Source of the DNA: Alphaproteobacteria bacterium
GTDB taxonomy: Bacteria > Pseudomonadota > Alphaproteobacteria > G965222575
Reading direction: 5' to 3'
Assembly: GCA_965222575.1 (NCBI GenBank)
Contig: OZ244958.1
Location: 64,001-128,000, forward strand
Length of the DNA: 64,000 nt
Position numbers and translations under genes: made by a program. The notes beneath the pieces were generated by a model. It saw only the letters and a list, made by a program, of their open reading frames with translations. It did not search any database and was not told the DNA's origin. This document shows, piece by piece, positions 39,903 through 48,881 of the stretch. Within the stretch, counting starts at the first letter, position 1, and each line of letters opens with the position of its first letter.

Positions 39903-41546
39903 GTGCCGTCCAAAATCTCCTCTCTTTCTATCTCAGACCTGGTGTCTGATAACAACAAAACCAGTCGTGCGTCTTTTATGAAATCCCATGATGGAGATTA
40001 CCGCTTTAGTACAGCCATCAAGGTTAAAGTTCGAAAAGATACTGAGGGCGGAGAAAAGGTTTTCCTCTCTCGAGGAAGTCCTGTTAAGCGCTTAGTGTTT
40101 TGGGCCCGTGAGACCTTTATGGGAAAATCTGGCCAAGAACGTAACAATCGTGCTATTCGTGATGTCGTTCTTGAGGCCTTGCGGGCAAGATATCAGGACG
40201 CAAATTTTGGAGAGGCAGCCTACGATACTATCAATTGGGTCAAAGCTTACAACCTGAGCAAGTCTCACAAAGACACTCATCTTCTCCATGGACACGATGC
40301 AGAAAGAAAAGAAAGAGATGCAATTATAGAGGCATTTGATACTAAACCCTTATACTTAAGAGAGATAAAAGATCTTATGAGGGTAGCAACCCACAATCGA
40401 GAACAAATAGTAAAACTTGCTAGCGAGCACTTTGACTCCGTCGTAGAGAATATAACAACACTACAGAAGATACTCCTTAGCCCCGAAACACCAGAAATAC
40501 AAAAAAAATTCCAAGACGGATACACTGCTCTTTTTAACGCTCTTCGTATGACCCCTGCACAACAAAAGGAGGGTCACCGCCTAGGATATAAGCAAAAAGA
40601 TATGTTCCTTGAGCATTTACGACAAGGATTCTCTTACTTCAGTCTGCAACCCGGAGTTCAGCAGGGAACTGTTTCATTTCAAAAAGCCTTCACAGAAGAG
40701 GTTATACAAGGCATCATCTCACGTGTTCTTAATAATACTCCTTCCGATGCGAAATGGCTTGAGCAATTTTACACCCCCGGCGTAGATGTTGAGGATATGA
40801 GAAAAGAAATCTCTAGCAACTCTCGCCGTTTTCATGCCCCTGCTGTTGACAATGTCAAGGAAGTTTCCATTGGTGATAGGCTTGCAGAGCCTCTTCAAAC
40901 TTCCCAGAGTATCAGGGACTACTTAAAAGTCCTATTGTCTAAAGACAATATTAAAGAGTTTTTGGAGGAAAACCTTGATTTTGAAGGTAATAGTGAACTT
41001 CTCAACTCCTATATGAAAAGAAAGCGTGTAAAATTCGCTCTAGGACACGCGAAAAGAGAGCTTAAAAAACAGGGATTAGAAATGCACCGGACTCTTGGTA
41101 AAGAGGATACAGAGGGGAGGAAAGAAGAGGTAAGAAAAGCCTTAGTAGACGGGTTTCTTGCGGCGGCGGTGAAAAGCGGTACAGAGATCAAAGTTCTGAA
41201 CGTCCTCGATAGAACCAAAAAAGCCACGGGAAGACTTTACCATACTGCTCAAGTCTCAAAGCCCTTAAGCTCAATACAACAAGAGCGGAGACAGCAAAAT
41301 CTGGAAACATTCAAAAATCTCTTGCAGCAGGAGATCTCTGCGGGGACAAAGTGCTCTGACCACCTGAATGTTTTTGAGGCAAGACTGCGTGAGGCAATCC
41401 TTACAGAGACCAAAGAGAGCGTACAGAACCAGATTATGGAAGACAAAGAGGCTCGGCTTTTGTCAAAAGAGGAAATTGAGACCCTCTTTTTTTCTACTCT
41501 GTTTCAGACCGGAGATTCTAAAGAAAAAAGCCTAGGCAAAAGATAA
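39903..41546 (+). CDS. Hypothetical helical protein, secreted-effector-like
   Basis: 547 aa, Ser-rich N-terminus, motif shared with ORF 51689. Confidence 0.65.
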   Translation: MPSKISSLSISDLVSDNNKTSRASFMKSHDGDYRFSTAIKVKVRKDTEGGEKVFLSRGSPVKRLVFWARETFMGKSGQERNNRAIRDVVLEALRARYQDANFGEAAYDTINWVKAYNLSKSHKDTHLLHGHDAERKERDAIIEAFDTKPLYLREIKDLMRVATHNREQIVKLASEHFDSVVENITTLQKILLSPETPEIQKKFQDGYTALFNALRMTPAQQKEGHRLGYKQKDMFLEHLRQGFSYFSLQPGVQQGTVSFQKAFTEEVIQGIISRVLNNTPSDAKWLEQFYTPGVDVEDMRKEISSNSRRFHAPAVDNVKEVSIGDRLAEPLQTSQSIRDYLKVLLSKDNIKEFLEENLDFEGNSELLNSYMKRKRVKFALGHAKRELKKQGLEMHRTLGKEDTEGRKEEVRKALVDGFLAAAVKSGTEIKVLNVLDRTKKATGRLYHTAQVSKPLSSIQQERRQQNLETFKNLLQQEISAGTKCSDHLNVFEARLREAILTETKESVQNQIMEDKEARLLSKEEIETLFFSTLFQTGDSKEKSLGKR

Positions 41547-41820
41547 AAGAATCTTCCGTATGTGCGATACACAAAAGGGCTGTAGCGGGAATCGGCTTAG
41601 GTTGATAGGACTGCTTGTATACTTTTCTTTGAACGCTTGTCTCCAAAGAGACGGCACTCTATGAACAAGGACAAGCCATATCCATTAGTGTATTGTGTGG
41701 AGGGGTGGCAGGAGATGACAGGACAAAACTCTATCTTAAAGAAGACAGGAAAGACCTATTGTCAAATTAAGTAAAAATTCCTAAGCTAGCAACTAGCATG
41801 AATTCATCTGGAAGAAAGTT

Positions 41821-42360
41821 ATGCCTTTAGTTGATACCATTTTCAACGTTATGACTGCTATTAGTACAATAATACTCTCTGGAATTGCTTTATGGACTAT
41901 ACGTCATAAAGACACCAAAAGATTACATGCTATCATCGAGCTACGTGTTATCATCGATTCACGAAACGTACAGGTACAGATAGTACAGATTAGTTTAAGT
42001 AATCGAGGGAGTGATAGACTTTGTTTGAAAAGCATTGTCCCATTTGGGATCAAACGTAAGGGAGGAAGAATAATTCTACTTAGGAAAAGCGATGGTAGTA
42101 ATATAGACCCTATAAAAATAGAGCCCTTCCGACATTATGACTGCATACTTGCAGAAGGGGAAGAAGACGTTAACAAACAAGTAGAAGCAATAAAAGAGTA
42201 CTGGAAAAAAGAAATTAACAATTGTTCTTGGTGGAAGCGATGGTTATCAAAATTTAAATGGACAAAGCAATTTGATGTGGTTTTTGAAGATGGTACTCTC
42301 GTGAAAGGAAAGATAGGAAAAGAATTCTATAAAAAAGTTTGGGGATCAATGAATACCTAG
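41821..42360 (+). CDS. Hypothetical protein with N-terminal TM, AT-rich cargo
   Basis: 179-aa ORF, low GC, next to the integrase relic. Confidence 0.65.
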   Translation: MPLVDTIFNVMTAISTIILSGIALWTIRHKDTKRLHAIIELRVIIDSRNVQVQIVQISLSNRGSDRLCLKSIVPFGIKRKGGRIILLRKSDGSNIDPIKIEPFRHYDCILAEGEEDVNKQVEAIKEYWKKEINNCSWWKRWLSKFKWTKQFDVVFEDGTLVKGKIGKEFYKKVWGSMNT

Positions 42361-42389
42361 CACTAAATACAGAACATGACAGGCAAGGA

Positions 42390-42495
42390 TGCAATTTTGG
42401 ACATGCGCATATTGTGCTGTTGTTTGCGGCGGGGGGGGTCCTAGCAACTCCCCTAGCATCGGCAAAGACATCCCCTTACTCACTGCAGGCAAAAC
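42390..42495 (-). pseudogene. Tyrosine recombinase (phage integrase) C-terminal relic
   Basis: AVSKGMSLPMLGELLGPPPPQTTAQYAH matches box II (LLGH...TT.RYAH); His lost in a poly-G/C run. Confidence 0.65.
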
Positions 42496-42556
42496 TATAA
42501 TGGTTGCTACACTCAAGCCTCGGCTATGCCCCCCGACATTTTCATCTATTAGATAT

Positions 42557-42588
42557 AAAAAAAGAAGGGGCTCCTCAGCCCCTTCTTT
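42557..42588 (-). terminator. Intrinsic terminator after ORF 42609-45527
   Basis: Perfect 12-bp stem AAAGAAGGGGCT-CCTC-AGCCCCTTCTTT with a T-tract on the minus strand. Confidence 0.8.
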
Positions 42589-42608
42589 CATTGCTTGTCT
42601 AAGGAAAT

Positions 42609-45527
42609 TTAGAATGCCTTACTGAAACGTAGCATCATCAGATGATCTGTACGCCCCTTAATATGACCTGCATCGAACCGAAGCGCTCCTAAAAACTCCA
42701 ACTCGCCTCCCCTTGAAAGCCTACGCGTATACCCTAGATACCCAACACGCTCTACCCCACTCGGTGCTAACGTCACAGCTCTCTTGTACAGATTCAACGT
42801 ACTATCACTCGTCTCAAAGTCCCACACCCGAGCACCCATAGAGGAACGCAAGGGCATATAAACTCCTCCCATCAACGCACTCCTCTTCCCCAATGCCCGC
42901 TTCAAGCCAACCGCAAAAGACCGACTCCAAGCAACACTGAACTCACTCAAATAACTCCCTAGGGCTTCCTGTACACGCGTACTAGAAATATACCCATAAG
43001 CATAAGCCTCTAAAGACCGACTGCGCACTACAATATGCAATGACCCATAAGTGCTAGAACTTCCAGCCATGGCTAAGATACCCCTGCCAAAAGACCCCAT
43101 CACCCCTGTCTCCTCTTTGATGTATCCTACTTCCGCATAGGCTATGGCAGAACCAAAGGCTTTCATGTACGAGGTATAAGCACGGGTGCCGCCGCCGACT
43201 TTATCTTGCGCAGAGAACCCTAAGGTCTTCCCCTTTCCTCTCACAACACCAAAGCGCACAGACCCACCTGCCACAACAAGTGGACGCACAGATAGAGACA
43301 ACACTTCATTGAGATACTGCCCTTGAGCATGTGTACGCACAAAGGAAGGCGCATGCCTGCTATGCGGTAAGCGAGAAGCCCCTAAGCCAAGCCCTAAACG
43401 ATACTCCATGTTCCCTAGCGTATAGGCTAGTTGCATCCCCATATCAGAGAGCTTTGTACGCTCTTGCGTACGGGTAGCAGTAGTAGCAAATGCTCTTTTT
43501 GGTTTGAAGAGACTGAAGGCAAGACCGCCTACATAGCTTTTTCCTCCTTCTATGGTATCTAAAGAGCCCATCAGATTGAGCAGAGCCGAGGGTCCTGCTT
43601 GCCGGATGGTGAACCCTGCTGAGAGGTCTTGAGTGAAGTACCTATAGATGGAAGGGAAGTCATCAAAGACTTTGATGGTCAACACACCCGGCCCTATGGC
43701 ATCTCCAAAGGAGGGAGACAGCAACAAAAGGTCTGGGAACACCTTGAGAACACGGAGTCGTGCAATCTCACGCAGTCCCTGTAATTTTGTATCAAGGGAC
43801 TCTAACTTCAACACTTTCCTTGCTCCTACAGGCTTAAAGGCTGCCGGCAAATCAAGAAGCTTGTGCGATTTCCCAATATCTCTTGCTGTCTGCATGAGAA
43901 GCTGTACAACTTGGGAAGCTTTTAAGTCGGGATACGCTTCTCGTACTAGTGCAGCAGCACCCGCTAGTATCCCTATGGCTGCCTCTCCTGCCTGCGCTTC
44001 CGAAGAAAGGCCTGAAACTTGAGCTGAATATCCCTCTACTGTCCCGTCCTTTTTCCACTGAAATGTCCGATAGTCCCCGCCTAGCTTTTCTCCAACGACC
44101 ACATAAAGATAGGGAGTTCTTCTATCGCCGAATCCTACGCTTTCAAAACTACTGCCTGCCTTATAAATAGGCGTCCCTAGCAGAAACTTTCCTTTCCCTA
44201 TTCTTTCGAGCATAAACCCCTCTATCCTAGAGACCTCATAAGCATTAGTTGTGACACTACTAACAACAACGACATCTTTTGCTGCTAAGGCAGAGGCGAT
44301 ACTCGATAGCTTATAGACATTAGGAGCAAGAGCTACAACATCAACAGGGTGTTGGGAAAACATTGTCTTTGACATCGTATAAACAAGGTCATCAAAGACC
44401 GCTGTCTTTTTAGCATAGACTTCCTTAGAAATATAAGGCAGGGCATATGTATGAAGTGAAGCTTTTGGGGCAATACCGTGGATATCGCCTTTCTTACTTT
44501 CTTTTCCTGCCCCAATGATTGAAGAGAGCACAATGGTACTATAGTCTTGTTGAGAATGGACATAGAAAATGCCGGGCGGAGAAAAGTTCACCATCCGATC
44601 GCGATTGCCGAACTCTGATCCTATGAGGTCTTGAGTTGTCCCAAATCCGATAACACCAACACGCACTTTTGAGCCCCGCACACCACGGGCAAAGATGGCA
44701 TTGAGTCCTAAGGCTTCATAGACTGCAATATTGCCTTCATCATATTTCTTTGTTTTGAGAATATCTTTTATTTCTCGTTCCATGAGCAAGGCGAGGGTTT
44801 TTTTACGTCCCTTTTGACTGATTCTCCGAGACTGCGCCTTTTCCTTATTGATTATTTTAAGTTGCTCTTCTAAGGTTAAAGGCCGTTCTTGTTTCGCTTT
44901 CTGCGCTGCCTCTTGAGCTTTCTTCAAGGCCGCCTCTTCGGCTTCTTCGGCTTTGATAAGGTCAATGAGAGAGAGGTCTTTTCTGGCATTTTTATAGGAA
45001 TCATAGCCTTCCTTACCACCGCTTTTTGTATACTTATCAAAGTTTTTGACTGATTGTCCATGAAAGTCCTTTACTAGTCGTATCCTATACTTAATGAACT
45101 CTTGCTTAGAGGCCCACGCCCCACCCTTCATGCGCTTCTTAATCTTCTCAAGAGTCCCATAATCACTATAGGCAGGATAGTAGCGTCTTAGGTCTGATAA
45201 TTTCTTTTGTAGAGAGGGTAAGTTGCGCATGTCCGCGTCTAAAACCCGTGCGGGATGGAGGTATTTGAGTAAGCCTGAGTTGTATCTTTTCTCTGCAGTA
45301 GCCCTATCTATGTAGACCATTTCTAGCCGTGTGAGGTCCATGATGTCATGAATTTCCATCTTAATGAGCGACTTAGCAAGCTCTCTTGGTGTTAGAGCAT
45401 ACAATTCATCCGGCGTGAGGGTATTTAAAGAGTGAAATTTCTGCTCAGCAGAATATACGGGTGTGTTGAAGAGGGCAACAGCTAGAACTGCCCCTGCTAT
45501 TATCTGTTTCATGATGTCTTCTCTCAT
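42609..45527 (-). CDS. Secreted subtilase-like autotransporter, catalytically degenerate
   Basis: Signal peptide; GSKVRVGVI, HGIAPKA, LAGAAALVREAYPDL..SQVVQLLMQTARDIG; C-terminal beta region paralogous to ORF 31590 (APSGVER / APSGSER); ends in F. Confidence 0.75.
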   Translation of the reverse strand: MREDIMKQIIAGAVLAVALFNTPVYSAEQKFHSLNTLTPDELYALTPRELAKSLIKMEIHDIMDLTRLEMVYIDRATAEKRYNSGLLKYLHPARVLDADMRNLPSLQKKLSDLRRYYPAYSDYGTLEKIKKRMKGGAWASKQEFIKYRIRLVKDFHGQSVKNFDKYTKSGGKEGYDSYKNARKDLSLIDLIKAEEAEEAALKKAQEAAQKAKQERPLTLEEQLKIINKEKAQSRRISQKGRKKTLALLMEREIKDILKTKKYDEGNIAVYEALGLNAIFARGVRGSKVRVGVIGFGTTQDLIGSEFGNRDRMVNFSPPGIFYVHSQQDYSTIVLSSIIGAGKESKKGDIHGIAPKASLHTYALPYISKEVYAKKTAVFDDLVYTMSKTMFSQHPVDVVALAPNVYKLSSIASALAAKDVVVVSSVTTNAYEVSRIEGFMLERIGKGKFLLGTPIYKAGSSFESVGFGDRRTPYLYVVVGEKLGGDYRTFQWKKDGTVEGYSAQVSGLSSEAQAGEAAIGILAGAAALVREAYPDLKASQVVQLLMQTARDIGKSHKLLDLPAAFKPVGARKVLKLESLDTKLQGLREIARLRVLKVFPDLLLLSPSFGDAIGPGVLTIKVFDDFPSIYRYFTQDLSAGFTIRQAGPSALLNLMGSLDTIEGGKSYVGGLAFSLFKPKRAFATTATRTQERTKLSDMGMQLAYTLGNMEYRLGLGLGASRLPHSRHAPSFVRTHAQGQYLNEVLSLSVRPLVVAGGSVRFGVVRGKGKTLGFSAQDKVGGGTRAYTSYMKAFGSAIAYAEVGYIKEETGVMGSFGRGILAMAGSSSTYGSLHIVVRSRSLEAYAYGYISSTRVQEALGSYLSEFSVAWSRSFAVGLKRALGKRSALMGGVYMPLRSSMGARVWDFETSDSTLNLYKRAVTLAPSGVERVGYLGYTRRLSRGGELEFLGALRFDAGHIKGRTDHLMMLRFSKAF

Positions 45528-45911
45528 TTTGTTTATTTATTGGTTGATAGAGGTTTTGAAGTCCGCTTAAGTTCCTATTGGAAGGGATATAAGTTTTTTC
45601 AAAACGCAATTTCTTTTTTTAACCTGTCAAGTTATGGTTAATGTTTATGTTTCAACACTTTACTCGTTATGTGAAAATTTTTTGTTAACATGTCAAAAAA
45701 ATATGTTGAAGGTCTTCTCTTTTTCTCAAGTAGGATAAAGCGCTTTTAGAGAAATGTTCAGGCAGTTTTAGGGAGTGTCTCCATCATGGACTCCCCGTCC
45801 ATTACAGGCAAGAAACCCCCGCCATTTCCGCACCCTCTTAGGGGCAGTCTCCATAATTGCTCTGTGCCATATTGCTTTGTGCGGGAAAAAACAATTCTCA
45901 ATAGAGTTAGA

Positions 45912-45993
45912 TTATTGTCCACCTTTGTTTTTCAGATACACTACAACCTCCTTGTGTCCCCATGAGGGGACCAAATAGCGTGTCCTGCCGTCC
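45912..45993 (-). pseudogene. Orphan ankyrin tail fragment
   Basis: Translates DGRT...WGHKEVVVYLKNKGGQ*. Confidence 0.75.
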
Positions 45994-45994
45994 G

Positions 45995-46084
45995 TATATA
46001 ACATATATAATAATTATATTATATATATTAATATATATATTATAATATAACATAACAGTATTATATTCTGTTATAATTATTTTA
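45995..46084. other. Extreme AT-rich, TA-dinucleotide tract
   Basis: Only 6 G/C in 90 nt; includes an ATAACAG-N9-CTGTTAT inverted repeat. Confidence 0.9.
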
Positions 46085-46097
46085 GGCTCTACCCCCT

Positions 46098-48881
46098 CTA
46101 TTGTGTGCGATGAGTGTGGAGAATATCCTCTAAAGCACTGATATTTTTCAATACATCACATGCCCAAACACCAAAGCCTCTATCGTTATTAACAGCCTTT
46201 ACCCATTGTTCTAGGAACTTTTGCTTTGCTTTATCACTCTCTTTTTCTTTTCCTTTCACCTCTAGTATTAAGTGCATGCCCCCCTTCAGACGAATGAGAA
46301 AATCTGGAACATACTTCCTTACTATCCCCTGATAGAAATACGGAATCTCAAAACCAATATGGTCATTCTTCACCCAAGCCTCAACCAAGTCACTCCTATC
46401 CAGTGCATATCCAACGCTTCCTTCCCATGTGCTGTCATAGACACAAAAATTGATGTGGCTTTTTTTTGTTTTGCCACAAGGTTTTCCTGTATACCATAAT
46501 CCCATATCTGCTGTACTGCTTCTAGGCCTTTCATTATCTAAAATCACCTCCCTTGATTTGACATTTTCAAAGCGGATAGCAGACCAGATATGATTGACAA
46601 TACGATTCATATTCAATATCATCACCAAGCGGCGTTTAAGTTCATCTTTGTTCCACTGCTTTGGGATAATAGAAAGTGTCTCTGAGGCCATAAAATCCTC
46701 CACCAGTCCTACGAGCTGGGCAAGAAGAAAAGATTTAGCCCCTTTCCAGTTTTCCTGCATTTGCTCATAGACCTCTTGGGCTGTTTGAAAGAGAACCTGC
46801 TCTGTGCGGCGCTCTTGTGCTAGGAATTCAAGGGTAATATCTTTACTTTTTGAGACATCTTCTTTTCCTTCAATAGAAGGCGCTAGCTCTGCGATTTGAG
46901 GCGTATCAGCAGCGGATAGCTCTAAGGAATCAATTTTACTCCAGTCCAATGATAGGATTGGGCAGTAGATCTGTTCTATGCGGTCAATGTTTGGCCATTG
47001 GAGAGTGAGATGCCCTCGGTCTTTGAGAGGTTCTATAGCAACCTTTGGCTTTTGAGGAGGAGGCGCTGCGCCTTCCTGAGATTCATGAGGCAGGAAGGTA
47101 AACGGAATACCAAAGACATTGACATACTCCTGCTCAAATAAGCCTGTCTCAGGGTTAACCTCATAAGATATGCGCCGCAAGCCTCGCCCAACGACTTGCT
47201 CACAGAGCAATTGTGATGAGAACGCACGCAATCCCATGATATGAGTGACTGTTTTCGCATCCCACCCCTCCGATAGCATGCCAACAGCAATAACATTCTG
47301 TATCTTCCCCCCGGGCTGGCCTTTTTTTCCCACCGTATCCACTTGCTTGCGTAAGGCTTCTGCCCGCTCTTGCTTGTTTTTCGGCGGCGCTGTAAGAGAA
47401 AAAGAGGATACCTCCGCTTCCTCCGCTTCCGCTAAGACCTTTGAGTCAATATGGAGTATGCCATCTTCCTGACACAGCACAGGAGTAGGGATTTTGTTTT
47501 TGACAAAGGCATGTTTAATCCGTGCCGCCACCTCTGTCCGATGAGCCACTGTAATCATTACAGGTGGAGTCGGGGGGCACTCAGGATTTTCTGCCCACTT
47601 TTCCCTCGTTTTATCCCAGTCACCGCCAAGGAAAGCATAACCCACCATCAATAAATGAGGTAAAGGACTTGTATTATCTTTTCTGTTGAGGTCATCTTTG
47701 ATGTTTGGGTACAGATGATAGAGTTTGGATTTATAGGTCTTAGGGTCAATACCTACATCATCCCGCACAACCACACGAGGTGTTTTCACCAACCCCGATT
47801 CAATAGCATCAGACAAACCGAAATCACTGACAATCCAATGAAATAAGGTCTCCTGTGTGCTCTTTTTCCCTAAAGGAATAAAAGGGGTAGCCGAAAAATC
47901 ATAAGCCCTCAATATGCGCCGTGCCTTGTGGATTTTATCCAACCCACCCACCCATTTTGTGGCTTGCTCTTTTTCCTCTTTTTTGACACCCTTGATTGTG
48001 ACTCCCTCTTGAATCCGCCACGCATGGTGCGCCTCATCATTGATGACCAGAATATTACGGGCAGTGCTGCCTATCTTTGAGCCTAATACCCCACGGGCAT
48101 AAGCCTCATGACTTTTCACCCCCCTCTTGTCAACACTTTTTCGCTTTTCAAGCTGTTCCTCCGTCTCCCAATCCAATTTATGCCAATTATGAATCACCAC
48201 CTTCCCCCGCCGTAATTTCGGCATAAGATAAAGAGGTACTATAGGAAAATCCCTATAATAATAGGTCTCCCATAGCTTCATTCCTTCAAAAGGATACGGG
48301 TCTAAAACAGACAAACGCTTTTTCACCGTCAAGCCCGGCGCAATAACCAAAATATGCTTGGAAAACCGCTTATCCTTTGAATATGTCACCTTATTCAATA
48401 CCTGCCACGCAATCAGCATTGCCATCACAATAGTCTTGCCCGTGCCGGTCGCCATCTTAGAACACACCCGCTCAAAATCCCCCCCATCAGAAGGAATATC
48501 AATGCCCACTCGCTTCGACTCCGGCGCCTCCACTAGCCAAATCAAAGTCTCTATAGCCTCTATCTGACAAAAGAAAAAGCGCGCAGGAGAGGCATGTTTG
48601 TCTGCCCAATGCTGTAAGAGCGTGCGTGTTATTGTCGTCACACCCGGATAATCCTGCTCACGCCACACTTTCACCCGCTTTCGTATCTCGTTGGCTAAAG
48701 GAATTTCTATGAACTGCCCGGGGTCATTAAAAGACTCTGCTCCCTCAGTTGCTACCGTATACCCAGCAGGACGCCGCCCTTTTTCAAGAGTAAATTCCTG
48801 CTTTTCATGCCAATACCCCCAATGCTCCGAAGGCTCCTCATAAGGCGAGTTTATAACAAGCTTCTCTATCTTTTTTGTCAT
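46098..48881 (-). CDS. Type III restriction endonuclease (Res)
   Basis: KMATGTGKT, DEAHH, SATP, EGWD, C-terminal PDF...EVKG nuclease motif; coupled to mod. Confidence 0.88.
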   Translation of the reverse strand: MTKKIEKLVINSPYEEPSEHWGYWHEKQEFTLEKGRRPAGYTVATEGAESFNDPGQFIEIPLANEIRKRVKVWREQDYPGVTTITRTLLQHWADKHASPARFFFCQIEAIETLIWLVEAPESKRVGIDIPSDGGDFERVCSKMATGTGKTIVMAMLIAWQVLNKVTYSKDKRFSKHILVIAPGLTVKKRLSVLDPYPFEGMKLWETYYYRDFPIVPLYLMPKLRRGKVVIHNWHKLDWETEEQLEKRKSVDKRGVKSHEAYARGVLGSKIGSTARNILVINDEAHHAWRIQEGVTIKGVKKEEKEQATKWVGGLDKIHKARRILRAYDFSATPFIPLGKKSTQETLFHWIVSDFGLSDAIESGLVKTPRVVVRDDVGIDPKTYKSKLYHLYPNIKDDLNRKDNTSPLPHLLMVGYAFLGGDWDKTREKWAENPECPPTPPVMITVAHRTEVAARIKHAFVKNKIPTPVLCQEDGILHIDSKVLAEAEEAEVSSFSLTAPPKNKQERAEALRKQVDTVGKKGQPGGKIQNVIAVGMLSEGWDAKTVTHIMGLRAFSSQLLCEQVVGRGLRRISYEVNPETGLFEQEYVNVFGIPFTFLPHESQEGAAPPPQKPKVAIEPLKDRGHLTLQWPNIDRIEQIYCPILSLDWSKIDSLELSAADTPQIAELAPSIEGKEDVSKSKDITLEFLAQERRTEQVLFQTAQEVYEQMQENWKGAKSFLLAQLVGLVEDFMASETLSIIPKQWNKDELKRRLVMILNMNRIVNHIWSAIRFENVKSREVILDNERPRSSTADMGLWYTGKPCGKTKKSHINFCVYDSTWEGSVGYALDRSDLVEAWVKNDHIGFEIPYFYQGIVRKYVPDFLIRLKGGMHLILEVKGKEKESDKAKQKFLEQWVKAVNNDRGFGVWACDVLKNISALEDILHTHRTQ

